Source: Elusimicrobia bacterium GWD2_63_28 (lineage in GTDB: Bacteria > Elusimicrobiota > Elusimicrobia > Elusimicrobiales > UBA9959). Taken from it: a DNA stretch of 32,000 nucleotides. The position numbers and the translations under genes were made by a program. The stretch's first letter is position 1. The number at the start of each line of letters is the position of its first letter. Below, in pieces: positions 18,510 to 32,000 of this stretch. Where the stretch lies: NCBI GenBank assembly GCA_001799895.1, contig MGUI01000052.1:87029-119028 (forward strand), in the 5' to 3' direction. The notes under the pieces are model-generated. The model did no database searches. It saw only the letters and a program-made list of their open reading frames with translations, and was not told where the DNA came from.

Positions 18510-18590
18510 TTGACAAGTCAAGACTATCTGCTATAATATATTTGGGTCCGCGGCCCCTCTCAGTGGGTTTCTCGCGGACCCTTTCTTTTT
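18510..18590 (+). ncRNA. Candidate mini-RNA unit, copy 2: sigma70 promoter plus ~47-nt hairpin/terminator RNA
   Basis: TTGACA (18510-18515), 16 nt, TATAAT (18532-18537), 6 nt, then GGGTCCGCG...CGCGGACCC-TTTCTTTTT (18544-18590); 46/47 identical to copy 1 over the predicted RNA. Confidence 0.72.
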
Positions 18591-18593
18591 GTC

Positions 18594-19553
18594 CTATTTC
18601 TTGTATTCAAAACCTTTGGCGTCTATGTAGAAGGAGCGGCCCCCCAGGCTTACCCTGGCTATGCCGCCGCGGAAGCCAGAGGCCTGCGAATACTTGAAAT
18701 CTATCACGGCCTTGCCGGTCTTGTCTATGTAGCCCCAGCCGCCGTGGAAATCCTTGAGCGCCGGCGCCAGGCCGCCCTCGAAGGAGGCGCACATGGCGAA
18801 GAGGGCCGGTATGGCCTGTTTGCCCTCTGAGTCTATGTAGCCGCAGCGGCCTTCCCCCTCCAGCGCCTGCGCGTGGGCCAGGCCCTCGCTGTAGGGCCCG
18901 ATGGCGACGAAGTCGCGCGCCTTGAAAGCCAGCGTCGAGCGGTTGATGAAGCCGTACCTGTCGCCCAGCCTGGCCGCCGCGAAGCCCCCGCTGAAAGGGA
19001 AGGCTTCGGCGTAGACCGGCGGGGTGGCTTCTTTGCCCGAGAGGTCTATGAAGCCGTACTTGCCGTTCACTTTCACCCGGGCCAGGCCCTCGCTCGGCGG
19101 GTAGATCTCTTCGTAGATGCCGCTGCGGAACTCGCGCGCGTCCCTGAGCAGCAGCCCCCAGCGCCCGCCCTTCTTGGCCGGCGCGGCGCCACCTGAGAAC
19201 TGCAGCAGCTCCTCGTATTCAAAAGGCACGGCCGTTTTTCCGGCCTTGTCCACGCAGCCCCAGAGCCCGCGCGATTTTACCGGCGCGCAGCCCTCGCTGA
19301 AAGAGCCGGCCGACTGGTAACGGGGGGGAATAGCCTTGCCGCCCTTCTTGTCTATGAAACCGTATTTTCCTCCGGAGCGCACCAGCGCCAGCCCCTCGCT
19401 GAAGGGCTCGGCGTAGTCGTAGCGCGCGGGTATGCGCAGTTTGCCGCCGGGCGCGGCGTAGCCCCACTTGCCGCCGGAGTTGAAAGGGATGAGTTCCTGC
19501 GCGGAGGCTCCGGCGCAGCAGGCCAGCAGCAGGGCAAAAGCTATTTTCTTCAT
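18594..19553 (-). CDS. Exported WG-repeat protein
   Basis: Signal peptide and about 8 units of the type 'GKWGYAAPGGKLRIPARYDYAEPFSEGLALVR'. Confidence 0.93.
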   Translation of the reverse strand: MKKIAFALLLACCAGASAQELIPFNSGGKWGYAAPGGKLRIPARYDYAEPFSEGLALVRSGGKYGFIDKKGGKAIPPRYQSAGSFSEGCAPVKSRGLWGCVDKAGKTAVPFEYEELLQFSGGAAPAKKGGRWGLLLRDAREFRSGIYEEIYPPSEGLARVKVNGKYGFIDLSGKEATPPVYAEAFPFSGGFAAARLGDRYGFINRSTLAFKARDFVAIGPYSEGLAHAQALEGEGRCGYIDSEGKQAIPALFAMCASFEGGLAPALKDFHGGWGYIDKTGKAVIDFKYSQASGFRGGIARVSLGGRSFYIDAKGFEYKK

Positions 19554-19638
19554 GGTAAAAATGATACCAATTTTTCCGGCGGCCGCCGCGCGCGCGAAAC
19601 TTCAGCCGGGGTTTCCGGGTTATTTGTATAATGGGCTT

Positions 19639-20121
19639 ATGAAAAAGAGAATCGCGGTTTACCCGGGCAGCTTCGACCCGGTCACCTTCGGCCACCTGGA
19701 CATAATAGACCGGGCGTCTAAAATTTTCGACCACCTCGTAGTCAGCGTGTTCGTGCACAGCGCCAAGAAACACCTGTTCTCGCTGGACGAGCGCGTGGCC
19801 ATGCTGAAGACCGCCCTGAAGGGCAAACGCAACGTGTCGGTGGACTGCTTCGAGGGGCTGCTGGTGGAGTTTGTGAAGAAAAAGAAGACCAGCGTGGTGG
19901 TGAGGGGCCTGCGCGCCATCTCCGACCTGGAGTATGAGTTCCAGATAGCGGCCACCAACCGCACCCTCTACCCCGGCATAGAGACCGTCTTCTTCATGCC
20001 GCGCCAGCGCTATACCTACCTGTCCTCGAGCATAGTGCGCGACATCGCCCATTTTAACGGCGACGTCTCCAAGCTGGTGCCGCCGCACGTGGCCAAGGCC
20101 ATAGCGAAACTGAAGCGCTAG
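19639..20121 (+). CDS. coaD: Phosphopantetheine adenylyltransferase
   Basis: 'KKRIAVYPGSFDPVTFGHLDIIDRASKIFDHLVVSV', 'RGLRAISDLEYEFQIAATNRTLYPGIETVFFMPRQRYTYLSSSIVRDIA'; true ATG at 19639, not 19468. Confidence 0.96.
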   Translation: MKKRIAVYPGSFDPVTFGHLDIIDRASKIFDHLVVSVFVHSAKKHLFSLDERVAMLKTALKGKRNVSVDCFEGLLVEFVKKKKTSVVVRGLRAISDLEYEFQIAATNRTLYPGIETVFFMPRQRYTYLSSSIVRDIAHFNGDVSKLVPPHVAKAIAKLKR

Positions 20122-20133
20122 GCCCGCTATAAA

Positions 20134-20166
20134 TAAAAAACCCCGGCTCGAAACCGGGGTTTTTTA
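20134..20166. terminator. Bidirectional intrinsic terminator between coaD and the FecR-domain gene
   Basis: AAAAAACCCCGG-CTCGAAA-CCGGGGTTTTTT. Confidence 0.9.
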
Positions 20167-20181
20167 TTTACAGGGGAGGGC

Positions 20182-20907
20182 TTACTTCTTCTTCAGCTTT
20201 ATCTCCACGTCCTTGGACTTGCCGTCCTTGTCGATCTTCACCTTGAGGTTCCTGGCGCCCTTGGGGTCCAGGCCCACCTGCTCGAGGTATTTGCCTATGT
20301 CCTTCACGTCAATGCCGTCCTGCCATTTGCCCATCTCGGAGGCGCTCATCTGGCGGGGGGCGGCGGGGGCGGCGTTGGCCCCGGCCACGGTGCTGATCTG
20401 GCCGGCGCGCAGGGCCTGCTTGCCCAGCTTGTTCTGCAGCTCCACGTGGCCCTCGTAAACTTTAACCGTCATCAGTTCTTTCTGCTCGATGTCGGCCTCG
20501 GTGCCGCGCACGGCGCAGACGGCCGAAGGGGTGCGCACGCTGAGCTTGGCTTTCTTGTGCAGCATGCGGCTCCACACCTGGCCCACGGTCAGGTCGAACA
20601 TGGAGCGCACCCTGCTCTTGCCGGGGATGTCGAAGGTGGAATTCTCGTTGATGCGGACCTCGGCGCCGTCCTTGGTGACCATGGAGGCCTTGCCCCCGGG
20701 GCCGGTCTTAATGGAGTCGCCGGGCTGCATGGCCTCGTTGACCTTCAGTTCGGCATAGTCGGCGCCGCCGCGCTTAAGCTTCACGTCGCCCTGCACGAAA
20801 ACTATAACGCCGGCCATCTTTTCAGCGCAGAACGCGTAGCCGGAGGGCCAGAGCGCGGAAAAGGCGAAAGCCGCGGCCAGCGCCAGTGTAAGTTTGTTGA
20901 GTTTCAT
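20182..20907 (-). CDS. Exported FecR-domain protein
   Basis: 'AGVIVFVQGDVKLKRGG...LQPGD-like..IKTGPGGKASMVTKDGAEVRINENSTFDI...LSVRTPSAVCAVRGTEADIE..TVKVYEGHVEL'. Confidence 0.88.
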   Translation of the reverse strand: MKLNKLTLALAAAFAFSALWPSGYAFCAEKMAGVIVFVQGDVKLKRGGADYAELKVNEAMQPGDSIKTGPGGKASMVTKDGAEVRINENSTFDIPGKSRVRSMFDLTVGQVWSRMLHKKAKLSVRTPSAVCAVRGTEADIEQKELMTVKVYEGHVELQNKLGKQALRAGQISTVAGANAAPAAPRQMSASEMGKWQDGIDVKDIGKYLEQVGLDPKGARNLKVKIDKDGKSKDVEIKLKKK

Positions 20908-20962
20908 AATGTTTTGTCCCCTCTATATGGCGGCAGAGCCGCGCAAAAAGCCCATCTCTTAA

Positions 20963-20991
20963 ATTATAGCCGAGGAAGAGGATTTAATCAA
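20963..20991 (-). promoter_or_regulatory. Predicted sigma70 promoter of the FecR-domain gene
   Basis: On the minus strand: TTGATT, 17-nt spacer, TATAAT; leaves a roughly 50-nt leader with GAGGGG near the start codon. Confidence 0.7.
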
Positions 20992-21086
20992 TGTTAATTT
21001 GGTCACTTGTATCCTCATTGGCATTGCCATTCTTATTGTTATCTATTATTATATGAGATGTTGTGAAAAGTGCGTAAGGAGATCAG

Positions 21087-21998
21087 ATGGGAAACGTCCC
21101 GTTTGCGGTTATCCTTTTCGCCGTTCTGACGCTTCCGGCCTCCGGGGGCGAGGGGGCGGTTTTACCCGCGGCTTCCGTGGGCGGCGGAATCGTGTCCGAA
21201 CAGGACATTTCGGACTGGCAGGCGGCGCAGGGGTGCTATGGCGAGGACGCCATTACCTCGCGCAAGGCCGGTTTCATGCGCATGTTCGAGGCCACCATAC
21301 TCGAAGATCTGCTGGTGCACCAGGCCACGCGGCCCATAAACGCGGAGGATTACGCCAAAGAAGTGGCGCGCATAGACAGGGAAACCCGCGCGCCGGACAT
21401 CCTGGGCTGCATTAAGAAATATTTCGGCGAGGGCACGGCCCGCTACGAAAGGGTCTTCATAAGGCCCATCCTGGCGCAGCGCTTCCTAAGGGAATACGTG
21501 AAAACGGACCCGGCGGTGCAGGCCAAAGCTTACGCGCAGCGCGAAGGCGCGCTGAAGGACATAGCCAAAAAGAAGGCCTTCAAGGCCATAGGGGAGGAGC
21601 GCGGCATCGCCTATTCCACCTCGGCCTACGCGGTGGAAGAGGACACCACCGCACCACAGGCCCTGGAGCCTTGGAAGCGCTGGTCGCCTTTCGAGGCCGC
21701 TTTCATCAACGAGCACCTGAAGGGCCTGAAACCGGGCGAGGTGAAGCCGCAGCCCATAGAGGACGAGGCTAACATAAAATTTGTGCGGCTGATAAAGATA
21801 GAAGGCAAAAAATACTATTTCGAGACGCTGACCATCGCCAAACTCACCACCGAAGACTACCTCAGGCGCGTCACCAAACTGCCTTGCAGGATTAACGACA
21901 GGGAATTGCACGACTGGGTGGCCCCCATAAAAGGCAACCCGCTGATAGCCCCGGCGGACCTGGATGGTCCGGGCGGAGCCAGTGGGGCCGGCAAGTAG
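21087..21998 (+). CDS. Exported protein resembling a SurA-type N-terminal chaperone domain
   Basis: Signal peptide, 'VGGGIVSEQDISDWQAAQGCYG...RMFEATILEDLLVHQATRPINAEDYAKEVARID' resembles SurA_N-like helices; 13 nt upstream of the giant gene. Confidence 0.4.
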   Translation: MGNVPFAVILFAVLTLPASGGEGAVLPAASVGGGIVSEQDISDWQAAQGCYGEDAITSRKAGFMRMFEATILEDLLVHQATRPINAEDYAKEVARIDRETRAPDILGCIKKYFGEGTARYERVFIRPILAQRFLREYVKTDPAVQAKAYAQREGALKDIAKKKAFKAIGEERGIAYSTSAYAVEEDTTAPQALEPWKRWSPFEAAFINEHLKGLKPGEVKPQPIEDEANIKFVRLIKIEGKKYYFETLTIAKLTTEDYLRRVTKLPCRINDRELHDWVAPIKGNPLIAPADLDGPGGASGAGK

Positions 21999-22011
21999 GA
22001 AAATAAAAACG

Positions 22012-29031
<7,020 letters not shown>

Positions 29032-29140
29032 CTGGAGGGGACGCTGTTTACTATATGACTATTTGAGCTGAAATTTCGAGAGTAGAGAGTAGAGGGACGT
29101 TGCTTAGTTTTTGAGTTTTGGTCTGCGGGCGCGGTTCTAT

Positions 29141-32000
29141 ATGAAAACGCGCGGGCATAATATATTTGCGCGCCTCTTTGAAAAAGAGGGTGTAAGGGGG
29201 CTATTGGCCGCGGGGCTGCTGGCCGCCCCGCTGGCGCTTTATGTCACCGCGCGCGCGGCCGACTGGTTCCCCGGCAACGGCGCCGCCATGAGCGCCCCCA
29301 GCGCGGAGTTCTACCTGCCCTCCCCGGAACTGATGGCCCAGTGCGGCGTGCTGAAGACCGTAAAGCTGGACGGCGGCGCCGACCATGTCTCCATTCAGGT
29401 AGCCGTCGATTCCCTGGGGGTGAGCCTGAGCACCAACTCCTGCGTGGTGGTGCTCGACCAGAGCACCTACCCCGAAGCCGTCAGCCTTAGCGGCATAGAT
29501 ACCGGCGGTTACAGGCTGCGCATAGTGAAAGATCCTACCATGACCGGGGCCCCTACGGTGCAGCCAGGCGTGGCTTCGCCTGCCTTCCAGGTAAACAGCG
29601 ACAGCGTGACAATACGGGGCATAAATATTTCCATGGGCCTGGGTTCGGAGGCCGTGCGGTTCCAGAACAGTGACGCCTGCGAGTTCAGCCAGAGCACCAT
29701 AACCCACAGCGGCGGCACCTACGCCATTTATTTCAACGGGGCCTCCTCCAATACCGTTTCAGAGGTCTACGTCTCCAACCTGTCTGGAGACGGGCTGCAT
29801 TTTACTAACGGCTCCAACTCCAACTACGTGGAACTGTCCATGCTTGACATCGCAGGCGCTGACATGTCAGGCGCGTATTTTGAGGCCTCTTCATCCAATA
29901 CCGTAACCGGCAGTTTCTTTACAAATCCCGGCGGCTATGGCGCGCATTTTGGCAGTGCAGCCAGTTACAACACCGTGAGTTTAAGCACCATGACCGGCAT
30001 AGCCGGGACGGACCGGCCGGCTTATTACGAAAACATCGCCGGCGCCGGCAACAGGATAGAGGACAGCTACCTCGCCAACATCGGCGGCACGCCGCTCTAT
30101 TTCGGCACGGCCGGCACCGTAAGCGGGAGCGTCATTATTTCCGGCACGGTCGGGATGTACGCCGTGCATTTCGCGGCCTCTAACGCACTGGTGACCGGCA
30201 GTTATGTCAGCAACAGCGCCGGCACGGCGGTACTGGCCAACACCGGCGGCGGCAACAGGATAGAGAACAGCACGGTCACGGCTGCCGCTGGCGCCGGTTC
30301 TTACGCGGTCTCCTTCAACACGGGCGGCAATACGCTGGCCGACAGCTATGTCAGCAACAGCGCCGGCACCGCGGTATATCTCTCCGGCACGGGCAACGCG
30401 GTAAGCGGCAGCACGGTGACCGGCAACGGGGCGGGCGGCTATGCCATCCAGGCCAGCGCGGCCTCGAACACGCTGGTAACCCGGAGCCTCCTGCACAACC
30501 CTATGGGCACCAGCGTGAGCTTCTCTAATTGGGGGAGCGCGAACACAATAAGCTACAGCACCGTAACCAACGGCGCCGGCAATTATCCCGCGCTTAACTT
30601 TTCCCAGGCGCCCGACTCCGTAGTCGCGGACTGTTATGTGGCCGGCTCTACCGCGGCCTATGTGCGGGAGTCCGACCCGACGCGGCTTTACCGTAACGTG
30701 CTGGTCAGCACCTGGACCGGCGGCCTGGGGCTGGTGATAGAGGGTTACGGTGTCTACACCGCCTCGAATAACGTAATTTCCGGCGGTCCCGGCGGTACGG
30801 CGATAAGCTTGGACAAGCAGAGCAGCGGTTCCGTTATACTTTCCTCAAACGCAGTAGGCGGCGGCTCTTACGGCGTGGTGTTTCCCTCGGCTTTTGTGAC
30901 GCTTTCCATCAGCACCCTGACCTTCCGGGCCCTGTCGCCGGGCGCCACGGCCATACAGATGCTGAATTCCAATTACAGCTTAACCATTTCTTCGGTGCAC
31001 TTCGACAGTACCGATATAGCCGTGAACATAAACGCCGCGGCCATGACGGGCGGCGGCATAAATGTCACTTATCCCTTTGGCCAGAGCGCCTCGCAGTATC
31101 TGGCCATTGACCCCGGCAACCGCATAACCTGGCCCTGGCCCTACGCGCGGTCGCTGATGGGGGTGTACGGCAGCACCATCAGCGTGGGCGTGGGCACCGT
31201 CGACGCCCTTGGCTACCAGGTAGTGGCCTCCACCGACGAATACTTTAACGGGGATGTGATCTCCACCGCCACGGCGCAGCAGCTGTCAGTGCTGGACCTG
31301 ACCGGCCTGGCCCACAACACCACCTATTATGTGACCGCGGGCGCGCTGTGGGACCAGACCACCTATTATTATCCCACGCCCAACATGACCCCGGTGACGC
31401 TGATAGAGGAACCGACCGGCGTCTACTTCGACGAGGTGGGCAGCAACACCATAGTGGCCTCCGCCTACGCCCCCGGCGCGGCCTTCACCGGCCTGGAGCG
31501 CGAAGGCACCGCCGTGGCTGTGACCACCGACACAATTTTCGAGGCCTGGGGCTCCACCGGCAATTACTGGACTTCTAAGACGCAGATTCCGTCCCCGCGC
31601 ACCTTTGCGGCGGCCGCCGCGGTTGGCGGGAAAGTTTATGTTGTCGGGGGAGCTTACGGCGGGGCGGCGCTGGATGCTAACGAGGAGTACGATCCGGCGC
31701 TAAATATCTGGACGCCGAAAGCTTCCATGCCTACCGCCAGAGAGTACCTCGCCGCTGTCTCCCTGGCCGGCAAAGTGTATGCCTCAGGCGGCGATAACTA
31801 TGTCGGCACGTACCTGGGCGCCAATGAAGTCTATGACCCGGTTTCCAATTCCTGGCAGACAAAGGCGCCGATGCCTACCCCGCGTGCCGCTTTTGCCGCC
31901 GCGGCATCTGGCGGCCGTGTATATGCCATAGGCGGCTCGGACGGTTCTTATCTGGGTGTTAACGAAGAGTATGATCCGGCCTCTGATACCTGGGCGACAA
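29141..32000 (+). CDS. Second giant modular secreted protein (parallel beta-helix, then Fn3-like linker and kelch repeats), truncated by window end
   Basis: Frame read manually from ATG 29141 through the beta-helix region and again in the kelch region; not listed in the ORF track because it has no stop in the window. Kelch units 'VGGKVYVVGGAYGGAALDANEEYDPALNIWTPKASMPTAREYLAAVSLAGKVYASGG'. Confidence 0.85.
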   Translation, partial: MKTRGHNIFARLFEKEGVRGLLAAGLLAAPLALYVTARAADWFPGNGAAMSAPSAEFYLPSPELMAQCGVLKTVKLDGGADHVSIQVAVDSLGVSLSTNSCVVVLDQSTYPEAVSLSGIDTGGYRLRIVKDPTMTGAPTVQPGVASPAFQVNSDSVTIRGINISMGLGSEAVRFQNSDACEFSQSTITHSGGTYAIYFNGASSNTVSEVYVSNLSGDGLHFTNGSNSNYVELSMLDIAGADMSGAYFEASSSNTVTGSFFTNPGGYGAHFGSAASYNTVSLSTMTGIAGTDRPAYYENIAGAGNRIEDSYLANIGGTPLYFGTAGTVSGSVIISGTVGMYAVHFAASNALVTGSYVSNSAGTAVLANTGGGNRIENSTVTAAAGAGSYAVSFNTGGNTLADSYVSNSAGTAVYLSGTGNAVSGSTVTGNGAGGYAIQASAASNTLVTRSLLHNPMGTSVSFSNWGSANTISYSTVTNGAGNYPALNFSQAPDSVVADCYVAGSTAAYVRESDPTRLYRNVLVSTWTGGLGLVIEGYGVYTASNNVISGGPGGTAISLDKQSSGSVILSSNAVGGGSYGVVFPSAFVTLSISTLTFRALSPGATAIQMLNSNYSLTISSVHFDSTDIAVNINAAAMTGGGINVTYPFGQSASQYLAIDPGNRITWPWPYARSLMGVYGSTISVGVGTVDALGYQVVASTDEYFNGDVISTATAQQLSVLDLTGLAHNTTYYVTAGALWDQTTYYYPTPNMTPVTLIEEPTGVYFDEVGSNTIVASAYAPGAAFTGLEREGTAVAVTTDTIFEAWGSTGNYWTSKTQIPSPRTFAAAAAVGGKVYVVGGAYGGAALDANEEYDPALNIWTPKASMPTAREYLAAVSLAGKVYASGGDNYVGTYLGANEVYDPVSNSWQTKAPMPTPRAAFAAAASGGRVYAIGGSDGSYLGVNEEYDPASDTWAT
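30203..30376 (+). repeat. 30-bp direct repeat inside the beta-helix coding region (144-bp / 48-codon period)
   Basis: TATGTCAGCAACAGCGCCGGCACGGCGGTA (30203-30232) and TATGTCAGCAACAGCGCCGGCACCGCGGTA (30347-30376). Confidence 0.85.

Noticed and set aside
18286-18697. Small ORFs 18286..18513 and 18494..18697 overlapping the twin mini-RNA units
   Set aside because: Frames run through the promoters and terminators, lack ribosome-binding sites and have no credible protein character.
29032-29140. Non-coding gap between the two giant genes as a DGR template repeat
   Set aside because: No similarity to the C-terminal coding tail at 28910-29028 could be seen; it only contains a short AGAGTAGAG tandem.

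Overview
High-GC bacterial chromosomal window. Protein style and gene content are compatible with an Elusimicrobia-like lineage, but this is inferred from sequence feel only. From left to right it contains: (1) an autoregulated-looking trpR-trpB-fRMsr operon with a perfect 18-bp palindrome at the promoter; (2) an exported barstar-like protein on the minus strand, then a DJ-1/PfpI protein and a periplasmic cytochrome b5-like protein; (3) a tightly packed minus-strand operon (about 12916 to 4017) with chorismate mutase, all seven chorismate-pathway enzymes, a DUF2225-like protein and a HEAT-repeat protein; (4) a plus-strand prfB-tatD-metH-(separate MetH activation domain) cluster; (5) an intergenic region between convergent genes with a 41-nt hairpin and two near-identical, separately promoted, ultra-short (~47 nt) hairpin/terminator RNA units; (6) a WG-repeat protein, coaD and a FecR-domain protein; (7) a SurA-like protein followed by two giant paralogous modular secreted proteins (Gly-rich, Fn3, kelch, BNR-like, beta-helix, FGE/C-type-lectin-like), the second running off the window. 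The strongest candidate for something undescribed is the twin mini-RNA locus at 18343-18590. No tRNA, rRNA, CRISPR array or transposase was recognised.
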